In this document: positions 10,823-23,527 of the stretch, piece after piece
Layout of the letters: every line of letters begins with the position of its first letter
Numbering within the stretch: the first letter of the stretch is position 1
Position numbers and translations under genes: made by a program
The notes under the pieces: model-generated
What the model saw: only the letters and a program-made list of their open reading frames with translations
Told to the model about the DNA's origin: nothing
The model's database searches: none
NCBI GenBank assembly: GCA_032718475.1
Contig: JAUCBJ010001428.1
Coordinates: 1-64,000, forward strand
Source of the DNA: Nemertoderma westbladi
Taxonomy: Eukaryota; Animalia; Xenacoelomorpha
Reading direction: 5' to 3'
DNA: 64,000 nt

Positions 10823-13800
10823 GAGTGCAATAAAGTAACTGTAGTGAATAAAACATGTTGGGAGTGCAATAAAGTAGCTGAAGGGAATAAAACATGTTGG
10901 GAGTGCAATAAAGTAACTGTAGTGAATAAGACATGTTGGGAGTGCAATAAAGTAGCTGAAGGGAATAAAACATGTTGGGAGTGGAATAAAGTAACTGAAG
11001 TGAATAAAACATGTTGGGAGTGGAATAAAGTAACTGAAGTGAATAAAACATGTTGGGAGTGCAATAAAGTAACTGTAGTGAATAAAACATGTTGGGAGTG
11101 CAATAAAGTAACTGTAGTGAATAAAACATGTTGGGAGTGCAATAAAGTAGCTGAAGGGAATAAAACATGTTGGGAGTGCAATAAAGTAACTGTAGTGAAT
11201 AAAACATGTTGGGAGTGCAATAAAGTAACTGTAGTGAATAAAACATGTTGGGAGTGGAATAAAGTAGCTGAAGGGAATAAAACATGTTGGGAGTGCAATA
11301 AAGTAACTGTAGTGAATAAAACATGTTGGGAGAGCAATAAAGTAGCTGAAGGGAATAAAACATGTTGGGAGTGCAATAAAGTATCTGTAGTGAATAAAAC
11401 ATGTTGGGAGTGCAATAAAGTAGCTGAAGGGAATAAAACATGTTGGCAGTGCAATAAAGTAGCTGAAGGGAATAAAACATGTTGGGAGTGGAATAAAGTA
11501 ACTGAAGTGAATAAAACATGTTGGGAGTGCAATAAAGTAACTGTAGTGAATAAAACATGTTGGGAGTGCAATAAAGTAACTGTAGTGAATAAAACATGTT
11601 GGGAGTGCAATAAAGTAACTGTAGTGAATAAAACATGTTGGGAGTGCAATAAAGTAACTGTAGTGAATAAAACATGTTGGGAGTGCAATAAAGTAACTGT
11701 AGTGAATAAAACATGTTGGGAGTGCAATAAAGTAACTGTAGTGAATAAAACATGTTGGGAGTGCAATAAAGTAACTGTAGTGAATAAAACATGTTGGGAG
11801 TGCAATAAAGTAGCTGAAGGGATTAAAACATGTTGGGAGTGCAATAAAGTAACTGAAGGGATAAAACATGTTGAGAGTGCAATAAAGTAACTGAAGGGAT
11901 AAAACATGTTGGGAGTGCAATAAAGTAACTGTAGTGAATAAAACATGTTGGGAGTGCAATAAAGTAGCTGAAGGGAATAAAACATGTTGGGAGTGGAATA
12001 AAGTAACTGTAGTGAATAAAACATGTTGGGAGTGCAATAAAGTAGCTGAAGGGAATAAAACATGTTGGGAGTGCAATAAAGTAACTGTAGTGAAAAAAAC
12101 ATGTTGGGAGTGCAATAAAGTAACTGTAGTGAATAAAACATGTTGGGAGTGCAATAAAGTATCTGTAGTGAATAAAACATGTTGGGAGTGCAATAAAGTA
12201 ACTGTAGTGAATAAAACATGTTGGGAGTGCAATAAAGTAGCTGAAGGGAATAAAACATGTTGGGAGTGGAATAAAGTAACTGAAGTGAATAAAACATGTT
12301 GGGAGTGCAATAAAGTAACTGTAGTGAATAAAACATGTTGGGAGTGCAATAAAGTAACTGTAGTGAATAAAACATGTTGGGAGTGCAATAAAGTAACTGT
12401 AGTGAATAAAACATGTTGGGAGTGCAATAAAGTAGCTGAAGGGAATAAAACATGTTGGGAGTGCAATAAAGTAACTGAAGGGAATAAAACATGTTGGGAG
12501 TGCAATAAAGTAACTGTAGTGAATAAAACATGTTGGGAGTGCAATAAAGTAGCTGAAGGGAATAAAACATGTTGGGAGTGGAATAAAGTAACTGAAGTGA
12601 ATAAAACATGTTGGGAGTGCAATAAAGTAACTGTAGTGGATAAAACATGTTTGGAGTGCAATAAAGTAACTGAAGGGATAAAACATGTTGGGAGTGGAAT
12701 AAAGTAACTGAAGGGAATAAAACATGTTGGGAGTGCAATAAAGTAACTGAAGGGATAAAACATGTTGGGAGTGGAATAAAGTAACTGTAGTAAATAAAAC
12801 ATGTTGGGAGTGCAATAAAGTAACTGTAGTGAATAAACCATGTTGGGAGTGCAATAAAGTAGCTGAAGGGAATAAAACATGTTGGGAGTGGAATAAAGTA
12901 ACTGAAGTGAATAAAACATGTTGGGAGTGCAATAAAGTAACTGTAGTGAATAAAACATGTTGGGAGTGCAATAAAGTAGCTGAAGGGAATAAAACATGTT
13001 GGGAGTGGAATAAAGTAACTGAAGTGAATAAAACATGTTGGGAGTGCAATAAAGTAACTGTAGTGAATAAAACATGTTGGGAGTGCAATAAAGTAACTGA
13101 AGGGATAAAACATGTTGGGAGTGGAATAAAGTAACTGAAGGTAATAAAACATGTTGGGAGTGCAATAAAGTAACTGAAGGGATAAAACATGTTGGGAGTG
13201 GAATAAAGTAACTGAAGTGAATAAAACATGTTGGGAGTGCAATAAAGTAACTGTAGTGAATAAAACATGTTGGGAGTGCAATAAAGTAACTGTAGTGAAT
13301 AAAACATGTTGGGAGTGCAATAAAGTAACTGAAGGGATAAAACATGTTGGGAGTGGAATAAAGTAACTGAAGGGAATAAAACATGTTGGGAGTGCAATAA
13401 AGTAACTGAAGTGAATAAAACATGATGGGAGTGCAATAAAGTAACTGAAGGGATAAAACATGTTGGGAGTGCAATAAAGTAACTGAAGTGAATAAAATAT
13501 GTTGGGAGTGCAATAAAGTAACTGAAGGGATAAAACATGTTGGGAGTGGAATAAAGTAACTGAAGGGAATAAAACATGTTGGGAGTGCAATAAAGTAACT
13601 GAAGTGAATAAAACATGTTGGGAGTGCAATAAAGTAACTGAAGGGAATAAAACATGTTGGGAGTGCAATAAAGTAAATGAAGGAAATAAACCATGTTGAG
13701 AGTGCAATAAAGTAACTGAAGGGAATAAAACATGTTGGGAGTGCAATAAAGTAACTGTAGTGAATAAAACATGTTGGGAGTGCAATAAAGTAACTGTAGT

Positions 13801-13924
13801 GAATAAAACATGTTGGGAGTGCAATAAAGTAACTGAAGTGAATAAAACATGTTGGGAGTGCAATAAAGTAACTGAAGTGAATAAAACATGTTGGGAGTGC
13901 AATAAAGTAACTGTAGTGAATAAA
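10823..13924. repeat. 39-bp satellite, right arm; degenerates toward the array edge (38-bp units, more substitutions)
   Basis: Same monomer. GAAGGGATAAAA single-base-deletion units appear from about 11850 onward; unique sequence starts near 13925. Confidence 0.97.
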
Positions 13925-13948
13925 TTAAATATAAAGATGGAGGCGCAC

Positions 13949-14382
13949 CTGGTAGTGATTGTGAAGTTGATTGCTGGGGAGTCGACGAAATATTCGGGTT
14001 ACAGATTTGAGGAACTGATTCGTAAATTCGATATAAAATGGAGTCGGTCGATGGACTTATTATATCTGAGTTTCCTTCTATATTAGAGAGATTCAAGTCG
14101 GAGTCCCCCGACGGTGGGAGTTGGTTAGGAGGTAAAGAACAGTCGATATTCATCGGTTCGATAGGCGGAATGGAACATTCCGATTGGATCTCTTCCTTAA
14201 TGATAACTTCAGGAGCACCGCTAGGGGGAGACCTTGTAATTGGAGACGTTACAGTTACAGTTAGTGGAGGGGCCACAGACTGGCTAGGGGGCCCCGCTGA
14301 CGGGTGGGAAATAAACTGGGGTTGATTTATCGGGCGCCCCCTACCGCCTCTCTGTAGAACAGTCGATCCTCTTCCTAAAAAC
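13949..14382 (-). CDS. Candidate exon 2 of an unassigned host gene (Pro/Ser-rich, disordered, IIKEE SUMO-type motif); 3' boundary uncertain
   Basis: Acceptor TTTTATAG|G at 14383; phase 2 matches the donor at 15093; open frame FLGRGSTVLQRGG...; possible donor CAG|GTGCGC near 13948. Confidence 0.5.
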
Positions 14383-15093
14383 CTATAAAAATATAATATA
14401 TACCGGTAACAGAAATCCAACTAAATAATTATTATTTGAAAAGGAAAATATCTTATATTGGAAGTATCACTAATGTTAGGCCCTATAATATTTAATATTC
14501 TTATATTATTTAATATTCTTTTATTATTTAATATGCTTAGATTATTTAACATTCTAATATTATTAGATTATTATTATTATTAGAATATTATGTATTCCCA
14601 GACCAGCTAGTGTGAATGACAGAATGAACTCCATTCAGGAGCCTTTCTTCTACATCTTCTGTTTGTTTTAGTTTATTGTTTTGGTTAAAATATCGTGCCA
14701 CTGTAACCTGCTCCTCTCCCTAAATTGAGAATTTAACATTGAGGCGGGATATTAATTCGCCAAGGTGGAGAATTATCTGAGACTAATAGGTCAGAGAGTA
14801 CATTACTAAGTTAAATTATATAACCATGCAATAGTAAATAATGAGTAAAGAATATGGCTGTGTTTAATTGATTATCTGTGAAATTTACACCTGGCAGAAA
14901 TTAAGGCTTGCCTGACTGACTGAAGGACTGGAACTGACCCTAAACATTTAAAACAAAATGTAATGCTGTAATAGGGAGAGGCTCCCACAAAGTTATGGCC
15001 TGTGCTGCTGTGGTCTCCCACTCCCACAACCTAAATCCTGAATTCCGCCCTGGGTTGTGTCTTCCAGTATCAACCTGTCCCACCTAGACCTAC

Positions 15094-15521
15094 CTGTATC
15101 TTCCAGTTCTACCACTCATGAAGGGTGATCCGGTATTCCTGTGCCGTAAACTCGAATAAGGTAATCTTTCAATGTAGGACGATTGTTGCGTCCCGCCTCT
15201 TGGTAGCGATGGAATGTTTGGCACGGTGTCTAAGGCCCCACTGGTAGAGTTATCCTGTAAACTGTTCCATGATGTTGGTTGTAGTTCGCTGTCTAGCCTT
15301 CCAGTATCGTTGCCTAGCAACTTCTGTAACCAGACTGTTATTTGTCCAGCTGTACAATTAGTCGTTACAAAATCGTCTAAGAAACTCGAATCATTCTTAA
15401 GATAATCTATAAGAAAGGACCTCATAAACGCGCCGTTCTCCAAACAGATGTTTATAAAAGTTGATTTGGATATTAGAAACGCTGATGTTAAATCCACAGG
15501 AAGGACTGGTCCCTGAACCAT
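15094..15521 (-). CDS. Candidate exon 1 of the same unassigned gene (MVQGPVLPVDL...)
   Basis: ATG-initiated 143-codon ORF ending at a TACAG|GTAGGT donor; splices in frame to 14382. Confidence 0.5.
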
Positions 15522-15959
15522 CGTAGTACAATGTTAGTTGATGTGTATGTCTGGATATACAGATATAGGTAGGCCTAATCCTGCTTCAATCTGTCAATGC
15601 GGGGTACTGGCAGACTGGGATATAGGATCAGGCTGTCAGAGCTCAGAGGGTAGGCCTAGGTAATCCAGTAGGCCTACAGCAGTACGATAATCAAACTGCA
15701 ATAGCAACCGACTGACCGATCGGGATGGTAGGCAAATTGAGCAATGACTGAAACTGCATGAGCAACGATGAATGACAGAACAGAGTACCGGTACAAGCTG
15801 GTTCATGGAGTACAGTAGGCCTACTATAGCGGGATATCACTTGTTTCAGTATCTACTCTACAGTAGCTAGACCTACGATCTGTACTATACCAATTAAGTG
15901 AGAAATATATATCATGGCCTAGTATAATGTAACTGTAACAAACTGTAATAACATTCTTA

Positions 15960-16290
15960 TAGTCGAGTCAATCTAGCAAAAAACCCATAAGTATTTCGCA
16001 ATCAATCCGTACCACATATTTTGGATTCTATATTACCTTATTAATGACCAAAAAAAAGTCTACAAAATTTTATTTTGCGGATCATATGTTTATTCAGGGA
16101 AATTCTGCGTAAATTTGCATAACACAAGCCAAACAAAAGGAACAGTAGGGAAAAGTAAGTAGCAAATTGGTGATGTTCCAGAATAATTTAATTAATTTCA
16201 CAATAAGCTGTGATTCAATGGGAAATTAGTAATATTTACACTGGCGTGTTACACATTAATTGCTATATCTCGGAAACTAGAAGTCGCATC
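15960..16290. repeat. Dispersed repeat fragment (second diverged copy at about 32609-32862), probably a non-autonomous DNA transposon
   Basis: Shared blocks AGTCGAGTC.ATCT.GCA, GCAATCAATCCG.ACC, TTTATTTTGCGGATC and ACACTGGC in the same order at both loci. Confidence 0.6.
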
Positions 16291-18463
16291 AAATTTTTAA
16301 ATATATCAAAAACTTCACGATATATTAAGCTAACTGTTGTAAAAAAATTATACAATTCCACTGCAAGGAAATTTCATAATTTCCATTAATGTTAGTGAAG
16401 ATTTTTCACATACTTAAATTGTGATTGCTCTATTGATTTTAGGTGTAATTTATTTATTTGTTTTAGTTTAGAAACCACAATAGTTTATCATATAACAAAT
16501 AAATTTTTTGGGGATAAGGGTTTTTGAGGTCGATAAATCCGATGGGCGAGGTTACATCCACCCGTTTAGTAGAGAAGTTGTGTAAATAAGCTCCCTGTAT
16601 TGTACCAGCAAAATTGGTATTAAAAATGGTTAAATTATTAGACAAATTTCCGTTGCTCTGGAAACTAAATTGGTAACTATATAGAAGTGCATACTTCTGT
16701 CAATCGATAGTCATTAGAGTAAAGTTTGTCTGTACCAAATTTGGAGAAAATCCCACCAATAGACCCCTTGTTGCTATGTAAAATCCATGTTGCTAAGGAA
16801 AGAAACAGGAAATTGAAGGTGATCCGCATAATATATTTTTATAGACTTTTTTGGGGGTATTAACAAGGCAATGTAGAATAGTTGTTTGGATGAATTGCGA
16901 ATTTGTTATGGGTTGACCCCCTTTTTCGGCTAGATTGACTCGCCTATTAGGTGAAAGCCAAAGCTGATTAGTGATTTTCATCGGCAGGGCGGTACTGTTA
17001 TGAGATATAAGTAAATTTCTACCATGTAGGGTGTAATGCGCTTAACAAATTCATCATCCTATTGATACGCCATTTAATTGTAATAGTAGTTTTAATAGTT
17101 TTAAGAAAGGTGTGGATTGGATAGTTGTTATGAAGTGTTCAACCTTAGGAGTTTAGTGACGCCCACGCTGCCTTCGGTAACAGCCAAAAACGACGAGCCT
17201 TCATGTTTCGTGTTTAACAAGTTAACTGATCACTTTCAAATTACTTTGTAAACTTGGACAGTGTTGTTAGAACTGTTTTCACCCAGCCGCAGCCATGGAA
17301 TACCTGGGTGATTGTGGTGGCTCTGAGCGGCCAGTTTTGTAATCTTATTTTTGTTTCTCCGACTTTTTCGAACTCATTCGAACGACTTTACAAAACTAAA
17401 GGAAGACAAACGTTTTTTTTTATTTTTTTTTGTTCTCCCGACTTTTGCAAACTCGTTTGAACAAACACTCAGGAAAACAAAAAAACTTGCAAGGCCAACG
17501 CTCGCTCAACGCTCCACCAACTTCGCCAATACGCCATATGAAGCTTTATTACTAAAACCTAACAGGAAAAATTAACAACAACAATAAAAACAACAACGTA
17601 GTGATAGTAAATACTAGAGGTCTCGCTGCGCGGATCTAAAAATAAATACCCCCAGCTCCAATCTGCCAGTAGTGCGTAGTGGTACTAAAACTATAACTAA
17701 TAATTTAGTTAAAACTATAACAAAACACAATGCGACTAGATTATTACTCAGTATTACTGGTATGACGTGACATAAGGTAAGGTTTCAAATACAATATTTA
17801 GATATTAAGGACAGAATGTAGCCGAGAATATATATGTAGGCTCAAGGCGTACTAATATCTTATAAAATAATTAAAGGGTTTGACTAAAGTCCGCATTCGT
17901 ATTCTACGATAACTATAAAATAATTCTTATTACATAGGAAAAGTGGAACTTTTTTCATTATTCTTGAGGGATCTCGTCAGCGAGTGAATAAAGGGTTGAG
18001 AGTATTGAAAACAAATGTTCTACTGTAGTTTTTTTATTATTTTTTTTTACTGCTGCAAATTTTTTATACTTTAAGTAGATCATTTAGTACGCCTATGTTT
18101 GGGGGGGGGGGGGGGGGGGGGTAGGTTTATATTTGTATGCAGTACTGTATCTTCTTAATCTGATCTTACATAGTTCTAATAAATACAGTCGACTTCTATT
18201 GTATTACATCCGGTTATTATTATTGTATACTGAAGTGGTTTCGTGACTATAAGCTGGAATGAAAGTTCATTGTTGTTATTGCTTTATAGTTTACTTCGGA
18301 ATTTCGTACACTATCTTTAACTTAGTAATTCCTTTTGTCCGATAAATAATGCATATTTTTAGTAAGTAAATTCGCTTCTTCATTTACCATCCTCAACTAG
18401 ATGATTTCTTAAATCCCACAAATAATTTCAATTACAGTATATATAATTGCATTTTGGGGTGAT

Positions 18464-18919
18464 TCATTGGTGGTAGAATGCTTTAGTGAGTTTCTGTAGA
18501 TATTCAGCACTTATCTCCATGTAATTTATCAGACCAACCACCCAATTTTCTTGGGTATCTCTATCTGCGAACCAGATGTAGCATTCTTTATGTGCTTCTA
18601 GATGACGGGAAATGGCAGGCAGATGTAAGTAAGCTTTTTTCTTAGCTTCCTTTGATTTCTTCTTTATTTTTATCCCATATTGTCTTGTTGTAGAACACCT
18701 CTTGCCTTGCACTGCTTCAAAATAATACTTATCCAAGTTGAACACCCTCTGAAACTTTTTCGTTGCCTTTGTCTTTTTTGTTTCCATTCCTCGATATCTC
18801 AGCTTCCTATATCGGAATAATATCAGCTGTGGGGTTTCATATAGATTCAATTGTCCCCAAAATGATTTATCTTTCTCTTTATCCTGATATGCGTATATTA
18901 TATCTTCTTCATCAAATAC
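18464..18919 (-). CDS. Candidate terminal exon encoding a PH-like domain
   Basis: Acceptor ATTAACTTAG|GTA at 18920; frame open for 151 codons (VFDEEDIIYAYQ...KSFWGQLNLYETPQLILFRY...YIWFADRDTQENWVVGL), resembling PH beta-strands and the C-terminal Trp helix. Judged by eye only. Confidence 0.4.
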   Translation of the reverse strand, partial: VFDEEDIIYAYQDKEKDKSFWGQLNLYETPQLILFRYRKLRYRGMETKKTKATKKFQRVFNLDKYYFEAVQGKRCSTTRQYGIKIKKKSKEAKKKAYLHLPAISRHLEAHKECYIWFADRDTQENWVVGLINYMEISAEYLQKLTKAFYHQ

Positions 18920-19097
18920 CTAAGTTAATAATAAATATAATTAAACTAATCTATATAAAATTCTCTAAAAAATATAAATAAATTAAATTAAATACTTTAT
19001 TACGTATTTCTACTGTATATACTGTAATACTTTTATTCCGCAGACATAGGCTACTTTATGAAGACCAGTTGAATTACTAATAACTGTGAACAAAACT

Positions 19098-22012
19098 TAG
19101 GAGTAGCGCCGCCCCTACCCTCGGGTAGCAGATAGCAGTAGCGCCCACCCCTACCTTCAGGTAGCAGATAGGAGTAGCGCCCATCCCTACCTTCGGGTAG
19201 CAGATAGGAGTAGCGACCACCCCCACCTTCGGGTAACATAGCAGATAGGAGTAGCGCCCACACCTACCCTCGGGTAGCAGATAGGAGTAGCGCCCACCCT
19301 TACCTTCTGGTAGCAGATAGGAGTAGCGCCCACCCCTACCTTCGGATAGCAGATAGGAGTAGCGCCCACCCCTACCTTCAGGTAGCAGATAGGAGTAGCG
19401 CCCATCCCTACCTTCGGGTAGCAGATAGGAGTAGCGACCACCCCTACCTTCGGGTAGCAGATATGAGTAGCGCCCACCCCTACCTTCGGGTAGCAGATAG
19501 GAGTAGTGCCCACCCCTACTTTCGGGCAGCAGATAGGAGTAGCGCCCACCCCTACCTTGGGGTAGCAGATAGGAGTAGCGCCCACCCCTACCATCGGATA
19601 GCAGATAGGAGTAGCGCCTACCCATACCTCCGGGTAGCAGATAGGAGTAGTGCCACCCCTACCTTCGGGTAGCAGATATCAGTAGCGCCTATCCCCACCT
19701 TCGGGTAGCAGATAGGAGTAGCACCCACCCCTACCTTCTGGTAGCAGATAAGAGTAGCGCCCACCCCTACCTTCGTGTAGCTGATATGAGTAGCGCCCAC
19801 CCCTACCTTCGGGTAGCAGATAGGAGTAACGCCCACCCCTACCTTCGGGTAGCAGATAGGAGTAGCGCCCACCACTACCCTCGGGTAGCTGATAGGAGTA
19901 GCGCCCACCCCTACCTTCGGGTATGAGATAGGAGCAGCGCCCGCCCCTACCTTCGGGTGGCTAATAGGAGTAGCGCCCGCCCCTACCTTCGGGTAGCAGA
20001 TAGGAGTAGCATCAACCCCTACCTTCGGGTAGCAGATAGGAGTAGCGGCCGCCCCTACCTTCGGGTAGCAGATAGGAGTAGCGCCCGCCCCTACCTTCGG
20101 GTGGCAGATAGGAGTAGCGCCCACCCCTACCTTCTGGTTGCAGATAGGAGTAGGGCCCACCCCTACCTTCAGGTAGCAGATAGGAGTAGCGCCAACCCCT
20201 ACCTTCTGGTTGCAGATAGGAGTAGGGCCCACCCCTACCTTGGGGTAGCAGATTGGAGTAGCGCCCACCCCTACCATCGGATAGCAGATAGGAGTAGCGC
20301 CCACCCCTACCTTCGGGTAGCATATAGGAGTAGGGCCCACCCCTACCTTCGGGTAGCAGATAGGAGTAGCGCCCACCCCTACCTTCGGGTAGCATATAGG
20401 AGTAGCGCCCACCCCTACCTTCGGGTAGTAGATAGGAGTAGCATCAACCCCTACCTTCGGGTAGCAGATAGGAGTAGCGGCCGCCCATACCTTCGGGTAG
20501 CAAATAGGAGTAGTGCCACCCCTACCTTCGGGTAGCAGATATCAGTAGCGCCTATCCCCACCTTCGGGTAGCAGATAGGAGTAGCGCCTACCCCTACCTT
20601 CTGGTAGCAGATAGGAGTAGAGCCCACCCCTACCTTCGGATAGCAGATAGGAGTAACGCCCACCCCTGCCTTCGGGTAGCAGATAGGAGTAGCGCCCACC
20701 CCTACCTTCGGGTAGCTGATAGGAGTAGCGCCCACCCCTACCTTCAGGTATGAGATAGGAGTAGCGCCCGCCCCTACCTTCGGGTGGCTAATAGGAGTAG
20801 CGCCCGCCCCTACCTTCGGGTAGCAGATAGGAGTAGCATCAACCCCTACCTTTGGGTAGCAGATAGGAGTAGCGGCCGCCCCTACCTTCGGGTAGCAGAT
20901 AGGAGTAGCGCCCGCCCCTACCTTCGGGTGGCAGATAAGAGTAGCGCCCACCCCTACCTTCTGGTTGCAGATAGGAGTAGGGCCCACCCCTCCCTTCAGG
21001 TTGCAGATAGGAGTAGCGCCCACCCCCACCTTCGGGTAGCAGATAGGAGTAGTAGCGCCCATCCCTACCTTCGGGTAGCAGATAGGTGTAGCGCCCGCCC
21101 CTACCCTCCCTCGGGTAGCAGATAGGAGTAGCGCACACCCCTACCTTCGGGTAGTATATAGGAGTAGCGTCCACCCCTACCTTCGGGTAGCAGATATGAG
21201 TAGCGCCCACCCCTACCTTCGGGTAGCATATAGGAGTAGGGCCCACCCCTACCTTCGGGTAACAGATAGGAGTAGCGCCCACCCCTACCTTCGGGTAGCA
21301 GATAGGAGTAGCGCCCACCCCTACCTTCGGGTAGCAGATAGGAGTAGCACCAACCCCTACCTTCGGGTAGCAGATAGGAGTAGTAGCGCCCATCCCTACC
21401 TTCGGGTAGCAGATAGGTGTAGCGCCCGCCCCTACCCTCCCTCGGGTAGCAGATAGGAGTAGCGCACACCCCTACCTTCGGGTAGTATATAGGAGTAGCG
21501 TCCACCCCTACCTTCGGGTAGCAGATATGAGTAGCGCCCACCCCTACCTTCGGGTAGCATATAGGAGTAGGGCCCACCCCTACCTTCGGGTAACAGATAG
21601 GAGTAGCGCCCACCCCTACCTTCGGGTAGCAGATAGGAGTAGCGCCCACCCCTACCTTCGGGTAGCAGATAGGAGTAGCACCAACCCCTACCTTCGCGTA
21701 GCAGATAGGAGTAGGGCCCACCCCTACCTTCAGGTAGCAGGTAGGAGTAGCGCCAACCCCTATTTTCTGGTTGCAGATAGGAGTAGGGCCCACCCCTACC
21801 TTCGGGTAGCAGATATAGGAGTAGCGCCCACCCCTACCCTTGTGTAGCAGATAGGAGTAGCGCTCACCCCTACCTTCGGGTAGCAGATAGGAGTAGCGCT
21901 CACCCCTACCTTCGGGTAGCAGATAGGAGTAACGCCCACACATACATTCGGGTTGCAGATAGGAGTAGCGCCCATCCCTACATTCGGGTTGCAGATAGTA
22001 GTAGCGCCCATC
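19098..22012. repeat. 36-bp GC-rich minisatellite (GAGTAGCGCCCACCCCTACCTTCGGGTAGCAGATAG), about 80 copies
   Basis: 36-bp periodicity with internal block duplications of about 827 bp and 331 bp; each unit holds a CTACC-TTCG-GGTAG hairpin. Confidence 0.96.
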
Positions 22013-22239
22013 GCTATCTTCTGGTTGGTTGCAGCTATCAAAAGAGGAGCCTTCGGGTCGCCTCCACTTCGACTCACTGTTTGCTTTTTACTTTAGTATA
22101 TTATATATTATATACATGAAAAATATGATAAAACTAAATAATAAGTCAATTCAACATTCAGCTTTAGGCCCCGGCGGCTTTAATTGGTAACATTGTCAGA
22201 CATATATAAGAATATAGGAAGCATAATATATATTATATT

Positions 22240-22610
22240 ATCACTAGAGCTCTGCTTGAGAGTTCCTGCAGCTATTATTAGTTTGTTTGTTTGTTTGTGG
22301 CTGTGTGTGTGGCAGGAATATTTGAATCCAAATAAGTTGGTCAATCATGGATGAAATGGAACCAAACTTGGTACACATGTAGCCTATCAAAAGTTTAGAA
22401 ATCTACACACAGACAGACTTCTATAGCCCCTCTGTCTGCCGCTAGGGGGCGAATTGACAGAAACGTAAAAGTAGGCCTAGCTTTAATTAAAGAACCAACC
22501 ATCAGATTCATATGAAATTAGGTAGTAGTAACCTACGAGCATTGCTTAATAATTAGAAATTCTACACACCGACAGACAGACTTTTACAGTTCCTAGGGGG
22601 CGAATTGTCA
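22240..22610. mobile_element. Possible Helentron/DINE-1-like non-autonomous element fragment (related fragment at about 27210-27430)
   Basis: (GTTT)n/(GT)n microsatellite followed by CCAAA[C/T]TTGGTACA[C/T]ATGTAG...AAAAGTTTAGAAAT, shared with 27356-27395. The family assignment is inferred from this layout. Confidence 0.35.
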
Positions 22611-22797
22611 GAGTTCCAGTTCATCGTGCTTAGCACGGTTTAATATCCATAATATACAGTACATAAATGAAGATGCACATAAGGTAGATAAATATAAAAA
22701 ATACAAGTAGTCTGGCAAAGTCTTGAACCGAAAAATGACACCCATGTATAATAAAAGGTTGGGCGAGGATATATCATATATAAAATGGTTGCGCCTA

Positions 22798-22992
22798 AAT
22801 AAAATAGTCGGGCATAAAATGGTCGGACATAAAATGGTTGGACGTAAAATGGTCGGACATAAAATGGTCGGACGTAAAATGGTTAGACGTAAAATGGTCG
22901 GACGTACAATGGTCGGACGTAAAATGGTCGGACTAAAATGGTTGGACGTAAAATGGTTGGACGTAAAATGGTCGGACGTAAAATTGTCGGGC
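22798..22992. repeat. 15-bp minisatellite (AAAATGGTCGGACGT), about 13 copies, likely transposon subterminal repeats
   Basis: Direct periodicity. Confidence 0.9.
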
Positions 22993-23227
22993 ATAGAATA
23001 GAAAATGTATACACATTAATATGACACCCAATATGTACAAAGAATAGATAGTAGACTCTCTACTATTTCAAACATCAAACTATAATGTATATGAAGAATG
23101 TAGCCCAAAAAAAATAAATTGTACTGAATATTATAGAAATCAAACTGGGGAATTGGGAGACAGTGGAAACATTCTTTATTTATTATACTAGTGGAGATTT
23201 GTTACATAATAATATTACCCCGGCTAG

Positions 23228-23527
23228 AGCCCCGTTCACATCCAACGGTGCGTGAGCGGTAAAGTACGTAGTCTGGCGGTATTGAAGTGGTAAGCCAGCG
23301 GTACACTACCCGGAGCCCGTTCACACCCAACGGTACCGTTGCGATAACTGATTGTCTATCTATCGACTGTTAATTCAACAGGAAATTACATTAATTGTTT
23401 AAATGGGCTGCGGTCAACAGCGTGGTTTAGCGCACAACTACCTGTTCGGTCGTTCACAGTCAGCGGTGTACCGCTGGCCCTGCGGTTCACCGCGCGGTGT
23501 ACCGTTCCGTTGGATGTGAACGGGCCT
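23228..23527. mobile_element. About 300-bp MITE, PIF/Harbinger (Tourist)-like
   Basis: TIRs AG[G/C]CCCGTTCACATCCAACGG at both ends; flanks TAG/TTA (imperfect TWA TSD); an internal third TIR-like copy near 23315. Confidence 0.75.

Noticed and set aside
1-13924. CRISPR-like repeat array
   Set aside because: No unique spacers and no cas genes; eukaryotic context.
19051-22077. RGG-rich ORFs (PEGRGGRYSYLL)n and (GVGATPICYPKV)n
   Set aside because: Translations of the 36-bp minisatellite, repeatedly broken by indels and stops.
22608-23001. ORFs with TILRP / KMVGR repeats
   Set aside because: Translation of the 15-bp minisatellite.
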